A stretch of DNA of 64,000 nucleotides from Gemmatimonadales bacterium (GCA_965250155.1 OZ252291.1:382-64381); one strand, 5' to 3'. Shown: positions 38,658 through 48,254, counted from the stretch's first letter. Notes: generated by a model not told the origin, from the letters alone. Numbers and translations: made by a program.

Positions 38658-39994
38658 CAGACGCACGCACCGACTTGCCGGCCGTTCACAAGCTGCTGGC
38701 AGACGCCGAACGAGAGGGCCTGACCGAACAGGCCCCGCGGGAACTCGTGGTCAACGCCATCAGGGAAACCCTGGACGCCGCCCGGAGCCGAGACGGCAAG
38801 CCGCCCGAGGGAGGCTGGGTGCCGGCTGTGAAGCGAACGTTGGAAGCGAAGCAGCGACCCTCGCTCGTGCCCGTGGTCAACGCCACCGGCGTAATTCTCC
38901 ACACCAATCTGGGCCGTGCCCCGCTGGCTGAGGCTGCCTGCCAAGCAATCGTGAGCGCAGCGGGCTACAACACGTTGGAGTACGACGTGAACGCCGGCGA
39001 ACGCGGCTCTCGCCAGGCACACGTCCGCGATCTACTCACCGAGATCACCGGCGCAGAAGACGCTCTCGTGGTGACCAACGCCGCGGCAGCCATGGTACTC
39101 GTCCTGAATGCCGTCGCGGCGGGAGGCGAAACGATCGTCTCTCGAGGAGAGCTCGTGGAGATCGGAGGCTCGTTTCGCATCCCGGCCATTCTCGAGAAAA
39201 GCGGAACGATACTCGTTGAGGTGGGGACAACGAACCGTACCAAGCTCAGAGACTACGTTGCCGCCATCAGCCCCCGAACCAAGTGCGCATTGAAGGTGCA
39301 TCGATCCAACTTTCGATTGTCAGGTTTCGTCGCCGACGTAGAGACGGGCGAGCTTGTCGAGACGATGACACCTCGGAGCATTCACGTCATTCACGACGTC
39401 GGAAGCGGGTTGTTGCTGGATCTCACCGAATACGGGCTGACGGATGAGCCGTTGGTAAGGGACGTGGTCAGCGCCGGAGCCACGGCCGTGTTTTCGGGTG
39501 ACAAATTGCTCGGGGGACCGCAAGCCGGGATCATCGTGGGCCCGCGGGACGTCATACAGGAAGCCGCGATCAACCCATTCACACGGGCCATGAGACCCGG
39601 CAAGACGGTGATCGCCGCGCTGGAAGCAACATTGCGGTTATACCAGGATCGAGTGTCCGCCCTCAACCAGATTCCCACCTTGGCCATGCTGACGGCTCGG
39701 CCGGACACTTTGACACGCCAGGCCGCTGCAATCGCCGAGCGGATCGACGGCGCCACGACCGAACCAGGCTCATCTTCGGTGGGCGGAGGATCGTTTCCGG
39801 ACGCCGATCTTCCCACGACCCTGGTGGCCGTCCCCACCGAACATCCGGATGCCTTCCTCGCCGCACTACGTCAACATGACCCACCGGTGATCGCCCGGGC
39901 GGACAAGGGTCGGGTGTTGCTCGATCCCAGAACCGTGCAGGATGGGGAGGACGAGCACGTGGTGAGCGCTGTGGCCGCGGCAAAGAGAGTCTGA
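38654..39994 (+). CDS. selA: L-seryl-tRNA(Sec) selenium transferase
   Basis: VVNATGVILHTNLGRAPL, VSRGELVEIGGSFRIP, FSGDKLLGGPQAGIIVG (PLP Lys). Confidence 0.9.
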   Translation: MTDARTDLPAVHKLLADAEREGLTEQAPRELVVNAIRETLDAARSRDGKPPEGGWVPAVKRTLEAKQRPSLVPVVNATGVILHTNLGRAPLAEAACQAIVSAAGYNTLEYDVNAGERGSRQAHVRDLLTEITGAEDALVVTNAAAAMVLVLNAVAAGGETIVSRGELVEIGGSFRIPAILEKSGTILVEVGTTNRTKLRDYVAAISPRTKCALKVHRSNFRLSGFVADVETGELVETMTPRSIHVIHDVGSGLLLDLTEYGLTDEPLVRDVVSAGATAVFSGDKLLGGPQAGIIVGPRDVIQEAAINPFTRAMRPGKTVIAALEATLRLYQDRVSALNQIPTLAMLTARPDTLTRQAAAIAERIDGATTEPGSSSVGGGSFPDADLPTTLVAVPTEHPDAFLAALRQHDPPVIARADKGRVLLDPRTVQDGEDEHVVSAVAAAKRV

Positions 39995-40123
39995 CGTACG
40001 TCATGCCTCTTGATGCGTCCGGATGCCTCTCCTGGCCTTCTGCCTCTCCTGACCATAGTTACATTTCTCGCATCGTGACGCCCTTACTCGGCAACCAAAC
40101 ACTCAGTTGGTGAGACGTCACCC

Positions 40124-40765
40124 GTGCGAGTAGCCGTCTTCGCTTCGGGCGGTGGGACCAACCTACAGACTCTGCTCGACAGGTGTCGGCCACCCGAGGC
40201 AGCCCACATCGTGCTCGTCGCCAGCGACGAGCCTGCCGCAGGTGCCCTCGACCGGGCCCGCACGGCGGGCGTTGCGACTCATGTAATCCCCGATCCCAGC
40301 GATGGCGACGCTATCGTCGAAGTGCTGCGAGATGTAAAGACCGATCTCGTAGTGCTTGCCGGATACCTGAAGCTCGTGCCGTTGGGAGTCGTGCGGGCGT
40401 TCGAGGGACGGATGATCAACATCCATCCGGCGCTGCTTCCGGCGTTCGGGGGGAAGGGGATGTACGGGGCGCGCGTTCACCGGGCTGTCATCGAATCGGG
40501 CGCCACGGTGTCGGGTGTGACAGTACACCTCGTCAATAAGGAGTTCGACCGAGGGAAGATCGTCGCCCAGTGGCCGGTGCCGGTGAAGGCAGCCGATACG
40601 CCGGAAACGCTTGCGGCGAGGGTGCTCGAAGTCGAACATCAACTCCTGCCGGCCGTGGTCCTGACCGCGGCCCGCACCGGAAAAGTGGTCCGGCTGCCGT
40701 TTCCCCAAGCCGGGTTTTCAGCGGGCGATGCGCCGGCGGTGACCAACACGCTCGTTTCGACATGA
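40124..40765 (+). CDS. purN: Phosphoribosylglycinamide formyltransferase
   Basis: VAVFASGGGTNLQ, LAGYLKLV, INIHPALLPAFGG, SGVTVHLV. Confidence 0.92.
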   Translation: MRVAVFASGGGTNLQTLLDRCRPPEAAHIVLVASDEPAAGALDRARTAGVATHVIPDPSDGDAIVEVLRDVKTDLVVLAGYLKLVPLGVVRAFEGRMINIHPALLPAFGGKGMYGARVHRAVIESGATVSGVTVHLVNKEFDRGKIVAQWPVPVKAADTPETLAARVLEVEHQLLPAVVLTAARTGKVVRLPFPQAGFSAGDAPAVTNTLVST

Positions 40766-40778
40766 GCTCAACGACAAA

Positions 40779-42326
40779 GTGGGGGGACACGTGGCGCGCG
40801 CGTTGATTTCTGTATCCAACAAACAAGGAATTCAAATGTTGGCCCAAGGGTTGTCCCAACTCGGATGGGAGATCGTGTCGACGGGCGGCACGGCGCGAGC
40901 CCTCGAAGAGGCCGGCCTGACGGTAACCAAGGTCGAAGAAATCACCGGTTTTCCGGAGATGTTGGACGGCCGGGTAAAGACGCTGCATCCGGCGATTCAC
41001 GGCGGACTCCTCGCCCGGCGTGACCTGCCCCCCCACATGGAGGCGCTTCAGGAACACGGCATCGCCCCGATCGACCTGGTAGCCGTAAATCTCTATCCGT
41101 TCCGCGAGACCATCGACAATCCCGACGTGCTCTTTGAGGACGCAATCGAGCAGATCGATATTGGCGGCCCCTCGATGCTGCGCTCGGCCGCGAAGAATCA
41201 CTCTGCAGTCCTGCCATTGGTGGATCCCGCAGATTACGAGCGAATACTCCGCGCGCTTCGCGAAGATACTGTTGATGATGCGCTGCGACGCGAACTCGCG
41301 TCGAAAGTATTCGTGCACACGTCGGCATACGATGCGGCGATCGCCGCATACATGACCGAACCGGAATCGGCACCCCCGCCATTCATTAATCTCACTCTGA
41401 CCCGCACTCAAACATTGCGTTACGGAGAAAACCCCCATCAAGCGGCAGCGCTGTACACCACGGGTGAGCCGGAAGGAGTGGGCGAGATGTGGCAACGGCA
41501 CGGCAAGGAACTGTCCTTCAATAACCTGGTCGATATCGACGGAGCCATGCTCGCGGTAGCGGGGTGGAGTGACCGGGTTGCGTGTGCCGTCATCAAACAC
41601 ACCACTCCCTGCGGGCTCGCACTTGGGACGACAGCGGAAGAAGCGTACCGGCGCGCCCTCGCTACGGACCCTACCTCGGCGTTCGGCTCGGTGGTCGCCT
41701 TCAACACCGTCGTCGACGGCAAGACTGCAGAGGCAATGGCCGATCTTTTCGTGGAAGTAGTAGTCGCACCGCGGTTCGGCGACGACGCGGTCGAAGTATT
41801 TCGGCGCAAGAAGAATCTGCGAGTGGTCGAGATGCAGCCGGAAGCAGCGGGGGACTCCGGAGTGCTGGATTTCAAGAGGGTGCGTGGCGGCTTTCTGGCC
41901 CAGCAACGGTTCAGTTTCCGCCACGACCAATCCAGCTGGAAGGTCGCGACCAAACGAGAACCCACGAGCGACGAATGGCGCAACCTCTATTTCGCCTGGA
42001 CGGCTGTGGCCAGCGTGAAATCAAACGCGATCCTGCTGGCAAAGAACGAAGCGGCAATAGGCATCGGTGCGGGTCAGATGAGCCGAGTGGATGCATCTTT
42101 CCTCGCCGTCCACAAGGCAAGAAAGGAAGGACACGACCCGAGGGGCTCGGTGCTGGCATCGGATGCGTTCTTCCCATTCGCCGACGGAGTCGAGGAAGCC
42201 GCCAAGGCGGGTGTGACGGCGATCGCCCAGCCGGGCGGGTCGAAGCGGGATGAAGAGGTGATCGCCGCTGCCGACGAGCACAATTTGGCGATGGTGTTGA
42301 CCGGGCACAGACAGTTCAGACACTAG
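40779..42326 (+). CDS. purH: Bifunctional AICAR transformylase/IMP cyclohydrolase (probable GTG start at 40791)
   Basis: [27 protein letters not shown]-terminal HRQFRH. Confidence 0.96.
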   Translation: MGGHVARALISVSNKQGIQMLAQGLSQLGWEIVSTGGTARALEEAGLTVTKVEEITGFPEMLDGRVKTLHPAIHGGLLARRDLPPHMEALQEHGIAPIDLVAVNLYPFRETIDNPDVLFEDAIEQIDIGGPSMLRSAAKNHSAVLPLVDPADYERILRALREDTVDDALRRELASKVFVHTSAYDAAIAAYMTEPESAPPPFINLTLTRTQTLRYGENPHQAAALYTTGEPEGVGEMWQRHGKELSFNNLVDIDGAMLAVAGWSDRVACAVIKHTTPCGLALGTTAEEAYRRALATDPTSAFGSVVAFNTVVDGKTAEAMADLFVEVVVAPRFGDDAVEVFRRKKNLRVVEMQPEAAGDSGVLDFKRVRGGFLAQQRFSFRHDQSSWKVATKREPTSDEWRNLYFAWTAVASVKSNAILLAKNEAAIGIGAGQMSRVDASFLAVHKARKEGHDPRGSVLASDAFFPFADGVEEAAKAGVTAIAQPGGSKRDEEVIAAADEHNLAMVLTGHRQFRH

Positions 42327-42379
42327 CCTCCCTGCCCCACCCTCCCCCCTCCCAGGGAGGAGGGAGGGGGAGGGGGGGG
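42327..42379. terminator. GC-rich imperfect hairpin between convergent purH and the TonB receptor gene
   Basis: CCCCACCCTCCCCCCTCCC / GGGAGGAGGGAGGGGGAGGGGGGGG fills the whole 53-nt gap between the two stop codons. There is no T-tract. Confidence 0.5.
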
Positions 42380-44449
42380 TCAGAAGCGCGGCGATATCTC
42401 CAGTCCCACATAGCCGTTCCGAGGCGGCGCCGGCTCGAAATAGCGGGGCAGACGGGGGGGATCTGGGCGGAACGCGTTCACGGTGATCGAACCCACATAC
42501 CGTCTGTTGAAAACGTTCAACACCCCGACGAACGGCGCCAGCCGCCAACCGGCGACGACGCCCTCCCATCCGCCGCGCAGGTCCGCCGTAAACCAGCCCT
42601 TGTTTTCAACCGTGTTTGCGTCGTCGACATAGTATGAAGACGCCACGTTGTAGTCAGTAGCAAACCACAACCCCGACTGTAGCGAGACTCGAACGGATCC
42701 GTAAAACCTGTGGGGGGGGACTCCGGGAATGTCGTTACCGTCGAAGTTCCCGTCAGCCGTTTGAAAGTCCTTGAACTCGTAATCCGCCAACGTGTAGGCG
42801 GTCACAACCGTCAACCGATCGATCGGCCGAACGGTGGCGGCGAGTTCCAACCCCCGATGTCTTGTCCTACCGGCATTTCTGAAAAACTGCCTGTCGGGCA
42901 CGGAAGGAACTTCGAACGGTATCAACGCGTCTTTCACCTTGACGTGGAAGGCGCTTGCTGAATAGGAAAACAGGCCCCCGCCACCTCGGACGCCTATCTC
43001 GAAGTTCACCGCGCGCTGCGGTTTGAGATCTTGGTTGAACCCGCCGACGCCCGACGGCCGGTTGGCGAGTTCCGTGGTGGTGGGTGTCTCGAACGACGAG
43101 CTGACATTGGCATAAGGCTGGAACGCGTCGCGCGGCCGCCAGACGAAACCCAGCGATGCAGACGCTGAGGACATCACCTGGCCACCGGAATCGTCTCCAT
43201 CGGCCAGGAAGCGATCCTCTGCCGTAAACGACACCCGGTCGTAGCGCACCCCGAACACTCCTGAAACCCGCTCTCCGAGATCGAATCCCAGCTGGGTAAA
43301 CGGCCCGATCTCCGTAACCCGCTCCAGTTGATCTCGGGGGACAGTCGAAAGGGGTGGGCTGCGGTGCACCCGATCGTCCCGCTGTCTTTGCAGGTCTACT
43401 CCCACGGACCATCGCGGGCGCGTCGATCCCACTGTCAAGGGGATCTCCGCCAACGCCCGGACACCGTAGGCACGGCGATCGATCTGGATGAACGCGAAGG
43501 ACAGGGGATTGTCCAGATCGCGGAAGAGACCGAACGCCGTAATGCCAACCGAGCCTCCACCATCGAACCGCTTCTTGAGATTGACGCCCAGCTGGCCCTG
43601 GGTGACCGATTTGCCGGCGTTGGCATCCACGTTGCGCGGGTTGGCATTAGACGGATCTTGATCGACCTCGGTTTGATTCAGTGACCCCGGGTTATCGAGC
43701 GTCGGGTTGTCCGCCAGGTGGGCGGTCATCAGGAGTGTCGTGCCGGGTGCCAACTCCTGCTCGACTCGAATACCGACGTTGTTGATCTCCGCAGCGCTGT
43801 GCTCGCGAAAACCGTCTGAGGTGGTGCGGGCACCGTTGATGGCGATGGTTCCTTTTCCGGTAGGCGTGGACACCCGGGCCTGAAGCTTTACCAACCCGTA
43901 GGCACCTGCCACCGTCCTGGCTGAGGCTTCCCGTTTGATGGGAGAAGGGCTGGCCGTACGCAGCGAGATCACCCCGCCGGAGGCATTGCCGTACAAGCTG
44001 GACGAAGAGCCGCGCAACACTTCGATGGAGCCCAACGAGGCGATCTCCACGTTGGTTAGCTGGCTCTGCCCGTCGGGCAGAGTCTGTGGTATGCCATCGA
44101 GCAAGATCTTGACGCCGCGCGCTCCAAACGCGGAACGCGAACCAAACCCGCGAATCGAAATCCGCTGGCCGAGGGACGGGTTATATCGATTTGCCACGAA
44201 CAAACCCGGCACCTGCACCAACGCTTCGTCCAGTCCGATGGTAGCCCGGCCACGCTGAAGCTCATCGCGATCCAATGTGCTCACTGCAAACGGAATCTTG
44301 TACAACGAGATCGTCTGCCTCGTAACCGAAACCTCGATCGGGGGGAGGACAACGGTTGAATCTTGTGTCGAATCGGCAGCCGTCCTGCGCTGGCCCTCCG
44401 CGGCACCCGGCATCGCTAGGGCTGCCAATACAATGAGAGAAAACCTCAT
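42380..44449 (-). CDS. TonB-dependent outer-membrane receptor
   Basis: The ATG at 44449 gives signal peptide MRFSLIVLAALAMPGAAEG. Plug motifs are present (IEVLRGSSSSLYG). The beta-barrel ends ...GLEISPRF with a terminal Phe. Confidence 0.9.
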   Translation of the reverse strand: MRFSLIVLAALAMPGAAEGQRRTAADSTQDSTVVLPPIEVSVTRQTISLYKIPFAVSTLDRDELQRGRATIGLDEALVQVPGLFVANRYNPSLGQRISIRGFGSRSAFGARGVKILLDGIPQTLPDGQSQLTNVEIASLGSIEVLRGSSSSLYGNASGGVISLRTASPSPIKREASARTVAGAYGLVKLQARVSTPTGKGTIAINGARTTSDGFREHSAAEINNVGIRVEQELAPGTTLLMTAHLADNPTLDNPGSLNQTEVDQDPSNANPRNVDANAGKSVTQGQLGVNLKKRFDGGGSVGITAFGLFRDLDNPLSFAFIQIDRRAYGVRALAEIPLTVGSTRPRWSVGVDLQRQRDDRVHRSPPLSTVPRDQLERVTEIGPFTQLGFDLGERVSGVFGVRYDRVSFTAEDRFLADGDDSGGQVMSSASASLGFVWRPRDAFQPYANVSSSFETPTTTELANRPSGVGGFNQDLKPQRAVNFEIGVRGGGGLFSYSASAFHVKVKDALIPFEVPSVPDRQFFRNAGRTRHRGLELAATVRPIDRLTVVTAYTLADYEFKDFQTADGNFDGNDIPGVPPHRFYGSVRVSLQSGLWFATDYNVASSYYVDDANTVENKGWFTADLRGGWEGVVAGWRLAPFVGVLNVFNRRYVGSITVNAFRPDPPRLPRYFEPAPPRNGYVGLEISPRF

Positions 44450-44677
44450 GCTTCGGCATGCCTCCCGCTGCTTGTCGCTGCCTTCTGATGCCTCACGCTG
44501 CAATTCTGCCTCCTGGTATCCGCGGCGTTAATTTGCCGGATCCGTGATGATTCGCAACAATCGCCGGATCCGCAGCCCTACGGCGTCTCTGCACGATACT
44601 TCTCCGGTCATTCGAGCGTTGCGCGGTGGGGCCTAAAGAGATAGGATGTCTCCCAATCAGCATCCGGGGAAGACCCA

Positions 44678-44863
44678 ATGAGCGACAACGCCACGGAACA
44701 ATCCGCTTTGTACGCCGAACACCGCAAATTTCTCCAAGAGATGGCCGCAACATATGAGCTAAAGGACGAGCAAAAGGTGCTACGCGTCCTGGTAACCTAC
44801 GTCATGCAGGAGGGAGACCTAGACCAGATTTTCAAGTATGTACGGTGCCGGCACTGCGGGTAG
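44678..44863 (+). CDS. Hypothetical 61-aa protein ending in C..CG
   Basis: MSDNATEQSALYAEHRKFLQEMAATYELKDEQKVLRVLVTYVMQEGDLDQIFKYVRCRHCG is helical with protein-like composition. It is divergent from the TonB receptor and lies in the AT-richer islet. Confidence 0.45.
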   Translation: MSDNATEQSALYAEHRKFLQEMAATYELKDEQKVLRVLVTYVMQEGDLDQIFKYVRCRHCG

Positions 44864-44978
44864 CGGAAAAGCGGATGCGACTGGCCGGAATACCCATCAC
44901 TAGGCGCCCGGCGATGGGCGATCCTACCCGGTCACGTCATTCAGTCCGAGCTATCGATTCTGTCGAGCACGGACAGCG

Positions 44979-45600
44979 TCAATCACGCCGTGCTGTAATG
45001 AGGCGTCGACCCAGACTGCAAGGCGGCAGCGCCCCCCACCGGTTACAGGCGTCGGTCAGGGTTACGTGTACACCCCGGCGCTGCGTGTCGAGAGGCCACA
45101 GGATGGGCTGGTCCACGGCCCGTAACACCTGGCGCTTGCTCCACCAGCAAGCCACTAGCGAGTTGACTTGAACGATCTGCACGATCGGTGCCAAGGGGTT
45201 ACTCGCTTCCTGAAGGTCCATGTGCGAGAGGTAACAGGCGTATTCGGCGTCGACGCCCGGTAACTCGGGGTGATTGTGCCAGAGAGCGATTGTGGCTCTG
45301 GGGCACGACTGGTACACGACTCTGGTGGACTCGCTGAATTGGATGGGCGGTTGCCACGCGAGATCGATCACGGCGCGGTTGCCGTTCACGGTGCCGATGA
45401 GGCAGCGAACGGTCTCCACGTGAAGTGTATCCGCCAGCGCGTCCCAGTTCGTCGAAGATGTGGGGTGCAATCTCTAGTCGCAGGGTATTGCTGGGCGCGA
45501 CTGGTACATCGTTATCAACTCTGGAAACAAGCCGCTCCTGTGCTACAGCGCGCGTGGCGACTGTGATCGTGAGCACAATAATCAGCGGCAAGTTTTTCAT
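44979..45600 (-). pseudogene. Signal-peptide protein with JAB/MPN(JAMM)-like domain, interrupted by one frameshift near 45440-45470
   Basis: Frame a: MKNLPLIIVLTITVATRAVAQE...LEIAPHIFDE. Frame b: WDALADTLHVETVRCLIG...ALWHNHPELPGVDAEYACYLSHMDL, giving E...H.H...S..D spacing as in JAMM metalloproteases. Confidence 0.5.
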
Positions 45601-45804
45601 CGGACTGCTCGACTTTCTTCACCGTCCTTATTCTAGAGCAATACCGGTGCCACAGACTCAGGTGGTTTCAGCACAAGCAGTTATTGGAGGGGAACGACCT
45701 GGGGAGTATTGGAGTGTATCGCCTTTGGCAGCACTTACTGGCTTTCAGCAATACCGCGACTCGAATCGAGCGTGTTCTGGGTCACAAAAGCGACCCGAGA
45801 CAGG

Positions 45805-46008
45805 TTAGCGGCTCGGTTCGTCGCCCTCGGGTCTTTGCGGTGTGAACCACTCGTCCGCGATATTACCAGGCAGGTACAGCACGCGGCCGAGGTTGTGCTC
45901 CAGAGCACAGGGCAGGCAGACCCGCCCCCAGCCGACCGCATCGTCTCTGTTCTTCAGTGCCCTGATGATATGGGCGGTGACCGGCTTGCGACACACGAAG
46001 CAGTTCAT
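45805..46008 (-). CDS. 4-Cys mini-protein, paralog B
   Basis: MNCFVCRKPVTAHIIRALKNRDDAVGWGRVCLPCALEHNL.... C..C and C..C pairs are 23 residues apart. Its start overlaps the stop of paralog A (ATGA). Confidence 0.55.
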   Translation of the reverse strand: MNCFVCRKPVTAHIIRALKNRDDAVGWGRVCLPCALEHNLGRVLYLPGNIADEWFTPQRPEGDEPSR

Positions 46009-46196
46009 GGGGTGTCTTCATGATTCGCTTCGGAATCCTCTGACGGATCGTGGAAGGATGACAAGAACTGTCCATCTAAATCGTATTCCCAGGCGCAGGG
46101 TATGCAGATCCGTCCCCACCCATCCGGACCGCTCGCACTCTTCAGTCCTCGGACGATGTGTACCACAGCCACACTGCCACATATGAAGCATTTCAT
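46005..46196 (-). CDS. 4-Cys mini-protein, paralog A
   Basis: MKCFICGSVAVVHIVRGLKSASGPDGWGRICIPCAWEYDL.... 19 of the first 40 residues are identical to paralog B (counted by eye). Confidence 0.55.
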   Translation of the reverse strand: MKCFICGSVAVVHIVRGLKSASGPDGWGRICIPCAWEYDLDGQFLSSFHDPSEDSEANHEDTP

Positions 46197-46297
46197 TCGT
46201 TAGAATAAGTGGGCCTGGGAAAACCCGCTGTGTCCTAAGGCACACAAACGGGCAGGCGGCGGCGGATTCTGCGCCCTCCTCTCAGCGCGCTCCAGCA

Positions 46298-46636
46298 CTA
46301 ATCTGTGGCGGGAAACTTCATGCGCCTTAGGAGATCCGCAAACCGCTGGTCGGGTCGGAGGGAATCGTACCCGGGCCACACGTTGAGCATTTCCACACCG
46401 TTGCGTTCTTGGTAGGCTTTCTCCAGCCACTCAACTGCGGCGTCCGTGTCGCCCAGAGCCGCGTAAATTTTCGCAAATTCACTCGGCCCGACGTAGCCCG
46501 TGGCGGCCGCACGCTGGAGCTGCTGCAGCCGCCATTGCCAGTACCCCTCTGCACCGTTGGACGCGTAGGTCTGGGCCAACATACCCGCCACCATCGCTCC
46601 GCCGTCACCACGACGTACAAGCCGTTCCAGCCGCAA
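46298..46636 (-). pseudogene. 3' fragment of a TPR-type repeat protein gene (no start; frame stays open upstream into the divergent gene)
   Basis: ...FAKIYAALGDTDAAVEWLEKAYQERNGVEMLNVWPGYDSLRPDQRFADLLRRMKF is the same tail type as in 11025-11270. Upstream in frame reads IAALDRYDDAVRLRLE with no ATG, GTG or TTG. Confidence 0.5.
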
Positions 46637-46719
46637 GCGTACGGCGTCGTCATAGCGGTCGAGCGCGGCAATGGGTGGCAGCCCTTGCGGCAGCGCGACG
46701 AGACGAATATGTACGCCAC

Positions 46720-48204
46720 ATGGCAGAGCTACCGTTGGTTCAGCGGGCCCGATCGCACGGAAATCGAACGGCCGTCATCGCGACGGACGGCAGCTTCACC
46801 TACCGGGAGCTGCTCGAGGCATCGGGGCGGGTCGCTTCGCGCCTCCTGGCCGACCGGTCGGATCTCGAGGAGGCTCGCGTGGCGTTTCTCGTCCCGCCGA
46901 GTTTCGACTACGTGGCCGTGCAATGGGGGATCTGGCGCGCGGGTGGAATTGCCGTGCCGCTGGCCGTCTCTCATCCGGTGGCGGAACTCCGCCACGTCAT
47001 TGAGAACGCCGACGCGTCGATTGTCATTGCCGATCCCGATTTCGAGGAAACCGTCCGAAGGGCAGTCGGCCAAGCGGGGCGGCTCTTGGTGTCCACGCGA
47101 CACTTCCGCAACGCGCCAGCGACCGCTCTTCCCGACGTGGCCGAGCGGCGGCGGGCCATGATGGTCCACACCAGCGGAACAACCGGGAAACCCAAGGGCG
47201 TGGTCACCACCCACGCCAACGTGCGCGCCCAGGTGACATCGCTCATTACGGCTTGGGAATGGAATGCCGAAGATCACATTCTCCTCACGCTTCCACTGCA
47301 CCACGTCCATGGCATCATCAATGTCTTGACGTGTGCGCTGTGGGCTGGAGCGCGGTGCGAGATGCTGCCAAGGTTCGATGCAGAAGAGGTCTGGAGGCGT
47401 TTCGTCGAGAGCCCAATCACTTTGTTCATGGCGGTGCCCACCATCTATCAGAGGTTGATCACAGCTTGGGAAGAAGCGGCTCCAGAGCGCCGCAGGACCA
47501 TGTCAAACGCGTGTCGACGCATATGTCTCATGGTGTCCGGATCCGCACCACTCCCCGTGCAGGTACTGGAACGCTGGCGGGAGACATGTGGACACACGCT
47601 GTTGGAGCGGTACGGGATGACCGAAATCGGCATCGGGTTGTCCAATCCCGTCCGCGGAGAGCGCCTTCCCGGACACGTGGGCACTCCCGTTCCCGGTATA
47701 GAGGTGCGGCTGGTAGACGAGCACGGACACCAAGTGGATCTCGGCTCGACGGGAGAGATCCAGGTTCGTGGCCCTGGCGTATTTCGCGAATACTGGCGCG
47801 AGCCCGAAGAGACCCAGAAAGCGTTTCACGATGGCTGGTTCGCTACGGGTGACGTGGCGGTCGTAGAGAACGGAAGCTACCGCATCCTTGGCCGCAGGAG
47901 CATCGACATCATCAAGACCGGAGGTCACAAGGTTTCGGCATGGGAAATAGAGGAGACTTTGCGCTCCCATCCCGACATCGAGGAATGCGCCGTCGTCGGT
48001 GTCACAGATCGCGACCTTGGTGAATCCGTGTGCGTGGCAGTGGAGTTGCGGGAAGGTTGTGCATTGACGCTGGATGGTCTGCGGCAATGGGCCAGGGAAA
48101 GATTAGCGCCCTATAAGGTGCCGCGGGAGATGTGTGTGACGGTGCTGCCGAGAAATGCTATGGGGAAGGTGATGAAGCAGGACGTAACTGGAATGTTCGG
48201 ATGA
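46720..48204 (+). CDS. Acyl-CoA (malonyl-CoA-type) synthetase, AMP-binding family
   Basis: MMVHTSGTTGKPKGVV, YGMTE, GWFATGD, IIKTGGHKV, LPRNAMGKV. Confidence 0.88.
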   Translation: MAELPLVQRARSHGNRTAVIATDGSFTYRELLEASGRVASRLLADRSDLEEARVAFLVPPSFDYVAVQWGIWRAGGIAVPLAVSHPVAELRHVIENADASIVIADPDFEETVRRAVGQAGRLLVSTRHFRNAPATALPDVAERRRAMMVHTSGTTGKPKGVVTTHANVRAQVTSLITAWEWNAEDHILLTLPLHHVHGIINVLTCALWAGARCEMLPRFDAEEVWRRFVESPITLFMAVPTIYQRLITAWEEAAPERRRTMSNACRRICLMVSGSAPLPVQVLERWRETCGHTLLERYGMTEIGIGLSNPVRGERLPGHVGTPVPGIEVRLVDEHGHQVDLGSTGEIQVRGPGVFREYWREPEETQKAFHDGWFATGDVAVVENGSYRILGRRSIDIIKTGGHKVSAWEIEETLRSHPDIEECAVVGVTDRDLGESVCVAVELREGCALTLDGLRQWARERLAPYKVPREMCVTVLPRNAMGKVMKQDVTGMFG

Positions 48205-48254
48205 TCACACGGATAGATCGAGAAAGAGGCATCGGGAGGCACCGGGAGTAACTA

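Noticed and set aside
40533-41930. 465-aa minus-strand ORF
   Set aside because: It is antisense to purN/purH, which are unambiguous. This is a shadow frame.
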